This document shows positions 41,147 through 50,845 of a DNA stretch of 64,000 bases, one piece after another (position 1 is the stretch's first letter; every line of letters begins with the position of its first letter). Origin of the DNA: Verrucomicrobiia bacterium (lineage in GTDB: Bacteria > Verrucomicrobiota > Verrucomicrobiia > Limisphaerales > UBA1319); NCBI GenBank assembly GCA_963664225.1, contig OY760937.1, forward strand, positions 1,152,001 through 1,216,000, given 5' to 3'. Under the pieces are notes generated by a model that was given only the letters and a program-made list of their open reading frames with translations, searched no databases and was not told where the DNA came from. Made by a program: the position numbers and the translations under genes.

Positions 41147-42178
41147 ATGAGTGATACGCAGATTGACAATGGAGCCCATGCGCGGATTGACCGGCTGGGC
41201 CAGGAAGTTCTTCGCGGTGAGGCCATCAACCGGGAGGACGCCTTGTGGTTGCTGGATTTGGAGGACTCGGCCGATATCATGGACTTATTGGCTTGGGCGA
41301 ACCGGATCCGGCAGAAGCACCACGGCCACAAGGTTCATCTTTGTTCCATCGTGAATGTCAAATCGGGGGGGTGCTCTGAAAACTGCAAGTTCTGCGCGCA
41401 ATCGGCTTTTAACAAAACAGAGGTGGAACGTTATGGTTTCATTGAGGCCGAACCGATACTCAATGCCGCCGCGGAGGCGGGGCGCAACAGGGTAACAGGT
41501 CTGGGCATTGTTGCGGCGTGGAAGGGGTTGGAAGAGGGGCCGATTCTGGACGAGGTGTGCGATCGCCTGCGCGATATGTCCCGTGATGGAAATGCCCGTG
41601 CAGACGCCTCGTTGGGTTTGATCCGCAGCCAGGTCGTGGCTGACCGTCTCCGGGAGGCGGGCTGCGAGTGTTACAACCACAATTTGGAAACCTCACGGGA
41701 TTTTTATTCGCAGGTCTGCACGACGCACTCCTGGGAAGACCGCATCCAAACACTGGGATATCTTCGCAAGGCGGGCATCAAATTGTGTACCGGCGGCATC
41801 ATAGGCATGGGGGAGACGCGAGCGGACCGTTGCGACATGGCATTTGCCTTGCGCGAACAAAATCCGTTCATTGTGCCCATCAATATTCTAAATCCCATCC
41901 CGGGAACGCCGTTTGAAAAAGTGCCTCCCATAACACCTATGGAGGTCTTAAAGACGATTGCCAGCTTCCGATTTATCCTGCCCACGCAGCACATTACCAT
42001 TGCAGGAGGGCGTGTGGTGAATCTGCGGGATGTGCAACCTTTGGCGCTCATGGGCGGCGCAAGCGCGCTCATGGTGGGGAATTACCTCACCACGGTGAAT
42101 CAGCCGGTGGAAAAAGACCTTCAGATGCTCAAGGATTTGGATCTGGAGCCAATGGGGTTCGTTCAGACGGAAGGCTAA
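41147..42178 (+). CDS. bioB: Biotin synthase (radical SAM)
   Basis: CSENCKFC, YNHNLETS, GGIIGMGET, VPIN and GNYLTT. Confidence 0.9.
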   Translation: MSDTQIDNGAHARIDRLGQEVLRGEAINREDALWLLDLEDSADIMDLLAWANRIRQKHHGHKVHLCSIVNVKSGGCSENCKFCAQSAFNKTEVERYGFIEAEPILNAAAEAGRNRVTGLGIVAAWKGLEEGPILDEVCDRLRDMSRDGNARADASLGLIRSQVVADRLREAGCECYNHNLETSRDFYSQVCTTHSWEDRIQTLGYLRKAGIKLCTGGIIGMGETRADRCDMAFALREQNPFIVPINILNPIPGTPFEKVPPITPMEVLKTIASFRFILPTQHITIAGGRVVNLRDVQPLALMGGASALMVGNYLTTVNQPVEKDLQMLKDLDLEPMGFVQTEG

Positions 42179-42277
42179 GCACCCGACGGCGGCAACGATC
42201 TAATCGTTGAAACAGTCAGGCCCGGTTTTCGACTGAGTGGATTTTTCGATGCAATCTGGTATGGGTGGTAGTGACAA

Positions 42278-43084
42278 ATGAGTGCCTCCGATACACGCAG
42301 TGGCCCGGTCAGACTGGGTCTGAATAAGAAGCATTACGCGGGAGAAACCGTCGCCATGCGAAAGGTCATCCCGGACGTGGTGGCTTCCGCGCGCGTGAAT
42401 GGTTGGTCCGTGGAATGGCTGCAAATATCGTCCGACTATGAACTGCCTGTATTGACTCGGGCATCTGATCAGGAGAAATCCAGGGTTTACATCTCGACCG
42501 GGATCCATGGGGATGAACCAGCCGGACCCCTGTCCATTCAAAGATTGATCGACGAAGACCAATGGCCTTCAACGGTCAGCCTGTGGGTGGTTCCCTGTCT
42601 GAACATGCGTGGATTTGAACTAAACCAGCGCGAAAACCCTGATGGCATTGATTTGAATCGGGATTACCGGCACCTCCAAACGGCGGAGGTGCGTGCGCAT
42701 CTTTCCTGGCTGGAGAAACAGCCGCCTTTTGATTTGTGTCTTTGCTTGCACGAGGACTGGGAGGCTGGAGGTTTCTACCTCTACGAACAGAATCCAGAGC
42801 GCCGTTTTTCGCTCGCGGAAGTCATGACCCAGCGCGTGACCGGGATATGTCCGGTGGACCCATCGCCGATGATCGAGAATCGTCCCGCCACCAACGGCGT
42901 CATTCGGCCCGATCTGGACATCAACAAACGTCCGCAATGGCCGGAAGCATTTTATTTGCTCATGAACAAGACGCGCCAAACTTACACCCTCGAGGCTCCA
43001 TCGGATTTTGCCTTGCCAGTGCGTGTGGCAGCGCTTGTCGCTGCCGTTCACGCCGCCGTAGATACCATTGCAGCCAGAGCTTGA
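42278..43084 (+). CDS. M14-family metallocarboxypeptidase / desuccinylase-like protein
   Basis: GIHGDE, DLNR, LHED and TLE motifs. Confidence 0.85.
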   Translation: MSASDTRSGPVRLGLNKKHYAGETVAMRKVIPDVVASARVNGWSVEWLQISSDYELPVLTRASDQEKSRVYISTGIHGDEPAGPLSIQRLIDEDQWPSTVSLWVVPCLNMRGFELNQRENPDGIDLNRDYRHLQTAEVRAHLSWLEKQPPFDLCLCLHEDWEAGGFYLYEQNPERRFSLAEVMTQRVTGICPVDPSPMIENRPATNGVIRPDLDINKRPQWPEAFYLLMNKTRQTYTLEAPSDFALPVRVAALVAAVHAAVDTIAARA

Positions 43085-43227
43085 TGGCGTGAGTTGGATT
43101 TTTGGATTCCTAAAATTCTTGAGCGAAGTTCGTTTTTCAATGGATTCATTATTCACGCTGGACATGGATACGTATCTATGGTTAACTGCATCCTAATAAG
43201 GACGATCCGGTTGCGATGCGACACACC

Positions 43228-43605
43228 ATGAAAAAGTTATTCATTATCATTGGATTGGCGCTGGTGGCCATTTTTGGAGGCTATGTGGCTCTGGGCACGG
43301 CGACCGCAGCAGCGCGTCCTCTGAAATTAGTCATCAAAGGAACCGAGGGTCAGAAATTCACGGGCTTCTATGTGGCGGATGGCATCACGAACTCTGTAAG
43401 TGCCGTCGCCCCGACAACCCTTGATTTTGAAGCCAGAAATGTGAACTTTGAATTTCGCCGGGAGGGTGGCGTTGGTGAGTTTCGTGTGGAGCTTTACGTG
43501 AATGATCAATGCCGGACCTCCACCATCAGTGATAAACAGAAATGCGTTCGCGGTGTGTTGAAATACACAAAATACTCGGAAAGTTACTCAGCCGAGGGCT
43601 TTTGA
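43228..43605 (+). CDS. Hypothetical exported protein
   Basis: MKKLFIIIGLALVAIFGG N-terminal signal/anchor. Confidence 0.6.
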   Translation: MKKLFIIIGLALVAIFGGYVALGTATAAARPLKLVIKGTEGQKFTGFYVADGITNSVSAVAPTTLDFEARNVNFEFRREGGVGEFRVELYVNDQCRTSTISDKQKCVRGVLKYTKYSESYSAEGF

Positions 43606-43730
43606 ATATCTTCTGCCAGGTGCATGACTGAATTCCGGGCGGGGTCCTGAGTGGCAAAAGTTCCAGAGTCTGATTGAATATTACGCGGGTCCTGTTTGAC
43701 ATTCATGGATGGGAATCGCATACAGCATCC

Positions 43731-44642
43731 ATGGAAAGCTCTCATCAGTGGAATCGGCGTGAATTTATCGGCTCATTGGCCGTCGCAGCTCCCGGTCTGG
43801 TCGCGTTGGCTGCCGCAGTCCCATCCTCCCCAACCATGTCACGATTTCAAATCGTTGCGTTTTCAAAGGCATTTCAGGAGTTGAATTTTGAGGATACGGC
43901 GGATTTGGTGGCGGAGGTCGGCTGGGACGGCATTGAGTGTCCTGTACGCCGTGGCGGTCATGTGTTGCCAGAACGGGTGGAGGATGACTTGCCGCGGTTG
44001 GTGGAGGCTCTGGCGAAACGTGGTAAAACAGCGCTGCATATTACGACTGACATCCTGGATGCCACGGATCCAATCCAACAGCGCGTGCTGCGAACCGCCA
44101 GTAAACTTGGGGTGCGTGTTTATCGGCTCTCCTGGTTTCAATATCGTCCTGGCATTCCGTTGCCACGGCAAATTGCGGAATGTCGCGCCCGGCTGAAGGA
44201 TTTGGCGGCGTTGAACAAGGAATTGGGCCTTTGCGGAGGATACCAGAATCATTCTGGCGCAAAAAATGTTGGCGCGCCCGTTTGGGACATTTACCAGATG
44301 CTGGAGGGATTCGATCCCAAGTATCTGGGTATTTGCTTCGATATCGGTCACGCAACGGTGGAGGGAGGCACTGCTTGGGCGTTGCATGCGCGTTTGATGG
44401 AGCCCCAGTTCAGCGCGGTGTATGTGAAGGACTTCACATGGCAGAAAAAATCCAAAGACTGGCAAACCGAATGGTGTCCATTGGGTGAGGGGATGGTCAG
44501 CCGCAGTTACTTCGATTGGCTGACAAAATCGTCCTATAAGGGAATCATTTCCCAGCACCATGAGTATCCGTTGGGCGCCATTCAGGAACGGGTGCAAGCC
44601 TTTAAGAAAGATTTGGTTACGCTTAAAGCCCTGCTGGCTTAA
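43731..44642 (+). CDS. Tat-exported sugar phosphate isomerase/epimerase
   Basis: NRREFIG twin-arginine motif; QNH, FDIGH and VKD motifs. Confidence 0.85.
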   Translation: MESSHQWNRREFIGSLAVAAPGLVALAAAVPSSPTMSRFQIVAFSKAFQELNFEDTADLVAEVGWDGIECPVRRGGHVLPERVEDDLPRLVEALAKRGKTALHITTDILDATDPIQQRVLRTASKLGVRVYRLSWFQYRPGIPLPRQIAECRARLKDLAALNKELGLCGGYQNHSGAKNVGAPVWDIYQMLEGFDPKYLGICFDIGHATVEGGTAWALHARLMEPQFSAVYVKDFTWQKKSKDWQTEWCPLGEGMVSRSYFDWLTKSSYKGIISQHHEYPLGAIQERVQAFKKDLVTLKALLA

Positions 44643-44736
44643 TGAAGGCAGGCCAGGCCGATCAAAACCAGACGCCCTCAAAAAAGAAGCCAACGCTTAT
44701 ACAAAATGAATGGGTTCGGTGTTTATTAGGTGAAGC

Positions 44737-45294
44737 ATGAACGACGACGTCTCGCCGCAATTGAACTGGTTGGAACGCTTGTATGAAGAACAAGCGACCA
44801 AGCTGGTTCTGTACGGTCGGGCGCTCGGATTAAGTCATTCTGAGTCGGAAGATGTTCTTCAAGAAGTATTTGTATCGCTAATAAAACGCGATTTGCCGCC
44901 TGAGCAACCGACCTTTTATTGTCTGCGCGCCGTCAGGAATCGTGCGCTGAACTACCGGCGATCATTGTGGCGACGGATTCAGCGTGAACTGGAGTCGGCG
45001 GGCTGGTTTGAGACAAACTCTGATGAATTTGAACAGGAAAAGGCGGCCATGCGGTGTCTGGCGAACCTGCCAATGGAACAACGGGAAACGATCGTTTTAA
45101 AAATCTGGCATGGATACACTTATGAAGACATTGGACGGCTTTTGGAGGTTTCCCCAAACACCATTGCGGGGCGTTATCGTTACGGACTGCAAAAAATGAG
45201 AACCGTCTTGAAAGGATGGAATTATGAACGAATCGAATTTCGAGGAGAATCGACTGAAACAGTGGATTCCACGATCAACATCCCCACAACTTAA
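44737..45294 (+). CDS. ECF sigma-70 factor
   Basis: EDVLQEVF, VRNRALN and LPMEQRETIVLK...SPNTIAGRYRYGLQK. Confidence 0.9.
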   Translation: MNDDVSPQLNWLERLYEEQATKLVLYGRALGLSHSESEDVLQEVFVSLIKRDLPPEQPTFYCLRAVRNRALNYRRSLWRRIQRELESAGWFETNSDEFEQEKAAMRCLANLPMEQRETIVLKIWHGYTYEDIGRLLEVSPNTIAGRYRYGLQKMRTVLKGWNYERIEFRGESTETVDSTINIPTT

Positions 45295-45685
45295 AAACCG
45301 CATTTTTAATACATCGCGCGTCGAGGAGAGTCAGTATGACAGTGCCACGGAGATGCCCAAACAGATTTGGGGCGTTTCGGAGGCCCGCCCGCGCGTGATA
45401 TCCTTATATCGATGGCTGGCACCGGCTTTGGGCATGGCATTTGTATTCATGCTGGCGGTTCGACAGAGCGATTTGGGACCGGAAGGCGTCGTTATAGACC
45501 AGTACAGCCGCAACATGACTGGGATGAAGCATGGGAATGCCGGTTGGGATTATCTGGAGACCTCAGCGGAGCACACAATGCTCAACCATTTGCCACCGAT
45601 GATTTTTGAATCGACAAACGTGAGGGCATCCTCTTTTAGTATAGCCTCTTTTCTGCTGTTAAATACCAACGGACTGAAACGTTAA
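45224..45685 (+). CDS. Single-TM putative anti-sigma factor
   Basis: Overlaps the sigma gene by 71 nt; FEENRLKQWIPR N-terminus; one TM segment. Confidence 0.6.
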   Translation: MNESNFEENRLKQWIPRSTSPQLKNRIFNTSRVEESQYDSATEMPKQIWGVSEARPRVISLYRWLAPALGMAFVFMLAVRQSDLGPEGVVIDQYSRNMTGMKHGNAGWDYLETSAEHTMLNHLPPMIFESTNVRASSFSIASFLLLNTNGLKR

Positions 45686-45689
45686 AGCC

Positions 45690-48600
45690 ATGAGTAATGA
45701 AAAGTTAAAGTCGCCCAAGCCGACAACTTCGGGAACGACACCCGCCGCCGCCACCAACGGCACGGCGTTCGTCAAGCATCCGGCCCCCTTGTACCGATCG
45801 ATCGATTGGCTGACCTTTGCGCTAACCACGCTTCTGACGTTTCTAGCCTATTATTACACGCTGGCGCCGGATTTGACTTTGGAGGACTCGGGTGAACTGG
45901 CCGTGGGATCGTTTTATGCGGGCGTGCCGCATCCCCCGGGCTACCCTGTTTGGACCATTTTTACGTGGTTGTTCACGGTGTTGGTGCCCATTTCGAACAT
46001 TGCGTGGCGCGTGGCGTTGGCATCTGCGGTGGCAGCCTCGGTGGCCTGCGGTTTGCTGGCCTTGATGGTGTCCCGCGGCAGCAGCATGATGATTGAAGGA
46101 ATCTCCGACTTTAAGAACATCGAGAAAAAGTGGGAGAACGGGTTGTGCGTGGTGGCCGGTTTTGTTGCGGGCTGCCTTCTGGCGTTCAACGGCTTTTATT
46201 GGAGTCAGGCGGTCATTGTCGAGGTGTATTGCTTTGGGGTGCTATCGCTGATGGGGGTGCTGTGCTGTTTGCTGCGCTGGGTTTATGCGCCGCACCAGTA
46301 TCGCTATCTTTACATCGCGGCGTTGCTCTTCGGCATTTGTTTTACCAATCACCAGACGCTGCTCGTGGCGGCGATGGGCATTGAGGTGGCTGTTTTGGCG
46401 GTGAACCCCAAACTCGGGCGCGACCTGTTCCTTTTTAACAGCATTGTTTATTGCCTGGGTCTCTATGGAAAATACTCAGGCTCCATCGGAGCGTTCGATG
46501 CAAACCTGCCGTTGTTCGCCATTTACAATGCCATTGGGGTGTGGTCAGTGGCAACGGCACTGTGGTATTCGCTGAAGACAGACTGGACTGCGAAGCTTAA
46601 AATCGTGGGAGTTTTGCTGGGGGCTAATGTGCTGGCCTGGATTCTTTACATGATGTCCCATTCCCAGGGGAATCTCTCCGAGGCTTCACACACGATGTTG
46701 CTTTTGCTCATCAATGCCCTTGGTTTTGCATTGCTCTACGCTTTCTATGCCCTGTCTGGAAAGGCGGAGCGGTTGTTTACCGAGTGGAAACCGATGTTGA
46801 TTCTGGCCGGGGCGTGGGCGATTGGCGCGGGTTTCTATTTTTACATGCCGCTGACCTCGATGACCAATCCGCCAATGAACTGGGGCTATCCGCGCACGTT
46901 TGATGGTTTCCTGCATGCGCTGTCCCGGGGGCAATACGAGCGCACTAATCCGACCAACGACATATTCAAGTTTGTGGATCAAGTCCGCATGTTTTTTGAA
47001 GGTGCCACAGAAGAATTCAGCTTTGTGTACCTGCTCTTCGCCATTGTTCCTTTTCTGTTCTACAAAAAGTTACAGAAGCGCGAACGGTCTTGGATGATCG
47101 GGTTGGCGGCGATATTCCTGTTCCTGGGCTTTCTGCTGCTGATCCTGCTCAATCCTGGTACCGACAAACAGAGCCGCGATCTTAACAAGGTGTTTTTCAC
47201 CGCCTCGTATGCGATCATCGCCATTGGGGTGGGGTATGGGTTGACCTTTGTGGGTTGCTTGCTGGCGACCCAGTATGAGAAGTATCGGGAATGGGCGCTA
47301 TATGCAGCAGCGGGGGCGGGTGGCATGGCAGTCTATTCGCTGGCCAAAACGATGCAGGAGGTGGTTAATCCGTTGCTGGTCTATACGGCGATCTTCGGAG
47401 TCGCGCTGTCTGTCATGGCCGTTATCGCCCTGTTTTTCTCCCGCAAGAAAGCGCCCATGATCTGTTTACTGGCCATCTATGCGGCCATGCCGATTCATTC
47501 CATCACCGCGCACTGGTCTGACAATGAGCAGCGGGGGCATTTGTTCGGTTTTTGGTTTGGGCATGACATGTTCACACCACCGGACTTCGGTAAAGCCGGC
47601 CAGTTTTATCCCAAAATGGACAGGGATGCGATTCTGTTTGGCGGAACCGATCCGGGCCGGTTTTGTCCGACCTATATGATCTTCTGCGAGAGTTTTATCC
47701 CGCCGCAAAAAAGGCGCGATCCGGATTTTGACCGTCGTGACGTTTATCTCATCACGCAGAACGCGCTGGCAGACAGCACGTATCTCAATTACATCCGGGC
47801 CCATTACAACCGTAGCACACAGGTGGATTCCCCGTTTTTTCAGGAGATGTTTCGCTCACGGAATGAAAAGGAAGCCAACGTGACGACCAACCTTTTGGCC
47901 CGCATGGTTGGGCCGCTGGATCGGTTCTTCACCAGTTATGGAAAGAAAGTGGAGGATCGCCGACGCAAGGAGGGGGTCTATCCGCCCGTGGAAATTCACA
48001 CCCCCACGGTTGAGGAATCCAAAAAATGCTTTGAGGATTACATCAACGACGCCCAACACAGGTTGATGGCCAATCAATTGGAACCTGGGGAAGATGTGCG
48101 GATCGTCGAGGGCCGCGTACAGGTTTCGGGGCAGGTCTCGGTGATGCAGATCAACGGGTTGCTGACCAAAGTCATCTTTGACAACAATCCGACGAATGAA
48201 TTTTATGTGGAGGAAAGCTTCCCGCTCAAGTGGATGTATCCACACCTGAGTCCGTTCGGGATCATTATGAAACTCAATCGGCAGCAGGTGCCGGAATTCA
48301 CCGAGGCGATGGTGAAGAAAGACCATGACTTTTGGAGTCTTTATACTGAACGTCTTTGTGGGAATTGGATCACCTACGACACACCGGTGAAGGAGATTTG
48401 CGATTTTGCCGATCGGGTCTATCGACACATGGATTACCGGGGATACAAGGGGGATCGAAAGTTCGTGCGTGATAACGACGCGCAAAAAGCTTTTTCGAAA
48501 CTGCGCAGCGCCCAGGCGGGACTCTATGCCTGGCGCATCAATGCGGTTAAACCTGGTTCCCCGGAGCAGGCGCGAATGCTCAAGGAGGCGGATTTCGCAT

Positions 48601-49538
48601 TCAAACAATCCTTTGCCTTTTGCCCCTACAGCCCTGAAGCGGTGTTCCGCTATATCAACCTTTTGGCAACCACTCAGCGGATCGAGGATGCCTTGCTGAT
48701 TGCGGAAACCTGCCAGAAGTTTGATCCCGAGAATAAGGGCGTAAACGATCTGGTAAACCAATTGACGAATATCAAACAGAGTGGTGGGGCTGCCGCCGCC
48801 GCCGCCGCCGCCGCTGCGGCTGCCAATCCTCTGGCGCAATTGGAACAGCAATATGAGACCAATCCGGGGAATTCGCAGGTGGCCCTGACCCTCGCCAACG
48901 CTTATCTCCAGCGGCAGCAGACCAACCGGGCAAACGCCTTATTCGATCAGGCCATCAATCTGATGCTGCCCAAGTTTCGGACCAACCCGGCCGATGCCAA
49001 TACCGCGTTTCTTCTGGCCCAGGCGTATCAGAGCCGTCAGATGAAAGCCGAGGCAGTCTCCGTTCTCGACAAATTGATCGCCCAGCTTGAGCCATTGTGC
49101 GCGACCAACAGCACGAACGACTCGCTGGCGTTTAATCTGGTGCAGGCTTACGTCTTCCGCCAGAAGACGCCTCCCGCCATCGCCCTGCTGGACCGCATGA
49201 TCGCACCGGAGAAGGTGAGCACCAGCACATTGATGGGAGCGGCGCAGTTTTACGCGCAGTTGGGAAGCGTGCCCAAGCTTGAGTTGACCCTTCAGAAACT
49301 GGTTAAGATGGTGCCAGATAATGCGGAAGCCTGGTATGACCTGGCGGCCCTGCAGGCCGTTCAGAACAAAAATACCGAAGCGATTCAGTCCCTGGCCCAT
49401 TCCATTGATCTCAGCAACAAGCGTGCGGAAAAACAGCCGGGATCGAAAGATTTGAGTCAATTGGCCGCCTCGGATCCGCGATTGCAGAATTTGCGGCAAA
49501 TGCCTGAGTACAAAAAAATCGTTAAATCTCCGAAATAA
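45690..49538 (+). CDS. DUF2723/TMEM260-like membrane glycosyltransferase with C-terminal TPRs
   Basis: EDSGEL...GVPHPPGYP matches the TMEM260 signature, followed by many TMs, a soluble domain and TPR-like repeats (PDNAEAWYDLAAL). Confidence 0.88.
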   Translation: MSNEKLKSPKPTTSGTTPAAATNGTAFVKHPAPLYRSIDWLTFALTTLLTFLAYYYTLAPDLTLEDSGELAVGSFYAGVPHPPGYPVWTIFTWLFTVLVPISNIAWRVALASAVAASVACGLLALMVSRGSSMMIEGISDFKNIEKKWENGLCVVAGFVAGCLLAFNGFYWSQAVIVEVYCFGVLSLMGVLCCLLRWVYAPHQYRYLYIAALLFGICFTNHQTLLVAAMGIEVAVLAVNPKLGRDLFLFNSIVYCLGLYGKYSGSIGAFDANLPLFAIYNAIGVWSVATALWYSLKTDWTAKLKIVGVLLGANVLAWILYMMSHSQGNLSEASHTMLLLLINALGFALLYAFYALSGKAERLFTEWKPMLILAGAWAIGAGFYFYMPLTSMTNPPMNWGYPRTFDGFLHALSRGQYERTNPTNDIFKFVDQVRMFFEGATEEFSFVYLLFAIVPFLFYKKLQKRERSWMIGLAAIFLFLGFLLLILLNPGTDKQSRDLNKVFFTASYAIIAIGVGYGLTFVGCLLATQYEKYREWALYAAAGAGGMAVYSLAKTMQEVVNPLLVYTAIFGVALSVMAVIALFFSRKKAPMICLLAIYAAMPIHSITAHWSDNEQRGHLFGFWFGHDMFTPPDFGKAGQFYPKMDRDAILFGGTDPGRFCPTYMIFCESFIPPQKRRDPDFDRRDVYLITQNALADSTYLNYIRAHYNRSTQVDSPFFQEMFRSRNEKEANVTTNLLARMVGPLDRFFTSYGKKVEDRRRKEGVYPPVEIHTPTVEESKKCFEDYINDAQHRLMANQLEPGEDVRIVEGRVQVSGQVSVMQINGLLTKVIFDNNPTNEFYVEESFPLKWMYPHLSPFGIIMKLNRQQVPEFTEAMVKKDHDFWSLYTERLCGNWITYDTPVKEICDFADRVYRHMDYRGYKGDRKFVRDNDAQKAFSKLRSAQAGLYAWRINAVKPGSPEQARMLKEADFAFKQSFAFCPYSPEAVFRYINLLATTQRIEDALLIAETCQKFDPENKGVNDLVNQLTNIKQSGGAAAAAAAAAAAANPLAQLEQQYETNPGNSQVALTLANAYLQRQQTNRANALFDQAINLMLPKFRTNPADANTAFLLAQAYQSRQMKAEAVSVLDKLIAQLEPLCATNSTNDSLAFNLVQAYVFRQKTPPAIALLDRMIAPEKVSTSTLMGAAQFYAQLGSVPKLELTLQKLVKMVPDNAEAWYDLAALQAVQNKNTEAIQSLAHSIDLSNKRAEKQPGSKDLSQLAASDPRLQNLRQMPEYKKIVKSPK
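48789..48824 (+). repeat. GCN x12 poly-alanine tract containing (GCC)7
   Basis: GCT(GCC)7GCTGCGGCTGCC read directly from the sequence. Confidence 0.9.
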
Positions 49539-49560
49539 TATCGTTTCATTAACGCATTTA

Positions 49561-49607
49561 CCCCTCGGGGATTTAACTTTCTATTTTGAATCCCGGAGGG
49601 GCTTTTT
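49561..49607 (+). terminator. Possible intrinsic terminator
   Basis: CCCCTCGGGGATT...AATCCCGGAGGGG followed by CTTTTT; the loop is long. Confidence 0.45.
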
Positions 49608-49761
49608 GCGTCAATCCGTTGGTGGTATTGAAACCGTTCACCGGCATTGAGCCAGTTTCTTATAATTAACGATGAAATGCACACGAAGCGGTGGAATTCA
49701 TCGCAACTGGACAATTCCAGCGGTGTTATGTATGGCAGTAACGTGAATTGAAGGATTAAGC

Positions 49762-50685
49762 ATGAAATGGAAAATGAATTGGATGGCGGCGCTATTGTTG
49801 GCCATGGTGATGGCAGGGGCGAGCGCGTTTGCGCAAGAGGGGCCAAAAACGGTGCCCAGCGACGTCGAGCTTGTTTCTGACGTTGTCTTTGGGAAGGGGG
49901 GCGATCGGGATTTGAAGATGCACATTCTCAAGCCCAAAAAAGCAATCGAGGAACCGATGCCGGTGGTGGTGTTTATTTTTGGCGGGGCGTGGAGGACCGG
50001 GAGCAGGGATGCCGGCATCAAGCCGCTGTCGGCTCTGGCGCAAAAAGGGTATTTTTGCGTTAGCATTGAATATCGTTTCAGCCAGGAGGCGCTTTTCCCG
50101 GCGCAATTGGAGGATGTCAAATGCGCGATCCGGTTTCTCCGCTCGAAGGCCGCCGAATACCACATTAACCCGGATAAAATCGGGGTGTGGGGTCAGTCAT
50201 CCGGTGCATATCTGGCCGTGATGCTGGGCACGACAGGAGATATGAAGGATTTTGAAGGCAAGGGCGGGGCAACTGAGTTTTCCAGTCGGGTAAATGCCGT
50301 TGTGGATTGGTTTGGACCGACAGATTTTACCAAAATGGATGTAGCGGGAAGCAAAATGAAGCATGACCCCGCGGATTCGCCGGAGTCGCGGTTGATCGGC
50401 GGCGCCATTCAGGAGAACAAAGACAAGTGCGCGAAAGCCAGTCCGCTGACCTATGTGACCAGTGATGATCCGCCTTTCTTGATCATGCATGGAGACCGCG
50501 ACCCGGTGGTGCCCTACAATCAAAGTGAGTTGTTGGTGGCAGCCTTGAAGAAGGCCAAAGTGAAGTGCGTGTTTGAACCGGTTCCAGGCGGCGGTCATGG
50601 TTTTGTAGGACCGCAACACGAGAAAAAAGTGCTCGCGTTTTTTGACGAGCAATTGCGCGGCATCAAACCAAAAGCAAAGGAATAA
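49762..50685 (+). CDS. Secreted alpha/beta hydrolase (esterase/lipase)
   Basis: Signal peptide, GGAW, GQSSG nucleophile elbow, HGDRD and GGGHG. Confidence 0.9.
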   Translation: MKWKMNWMAALLLAMVMAGASAFAQEGPKTVPSDVELVSDVVFGKGGDRDLKMHILKPKKAIEEPMPVVVFIFGGAWRTGSRDAGIKPLSALAQKGYFCVSIEYRFSQEALFPAQLEDVKCAIRFLRSKAAEYHINPDKIGVWGQSSGAYLAVMLGTTGDMKDFEGKGGATEFSSRVNAVVDWFGPTDFTKMDVAGSKMKHDPADSPESRLIGGAIQENKDKCAKASPLTYVTSDDPPFLIMHGDRDPVVPYNQSELLVAALKKAKVKCVFEPVPGGGHGFVGPQHEKKVLAFFDEQLRGIKPKAKE

Positions 50686-50737
50686 CCTTTTGTTCGGGCC
50701 CGCCGGGACCTTTAAAGAATTCCGGACTGTTTGTCAT

Positions 50738-50768
50738 GTGCCGCAAGTCGCTCACTGCGGCACTTTTT
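50738..50768 (+). terminator. Intrinsic terminator
   Basis: GTGCCGCA-loop-TGCGGCAC followed by TTTTT. Confidence 0.75.
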
Positions 50769-50787
50769 ATGGCCTGTTGAAACAATG

Positions 50788-50822
50788 AAAAAGGGCTGTG
50801 GTTTCGCAACAGCAGCCCTTTT
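50788..50822. terminator. Bidirectional intrinsic terminator
   Basis: AAAAGGGCTG...CAGCCCTTTT between convergent genes. Confidence 0.75.
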
Positions 50823-50845
50823 ATATGTGACACGGTTTGGACGTT

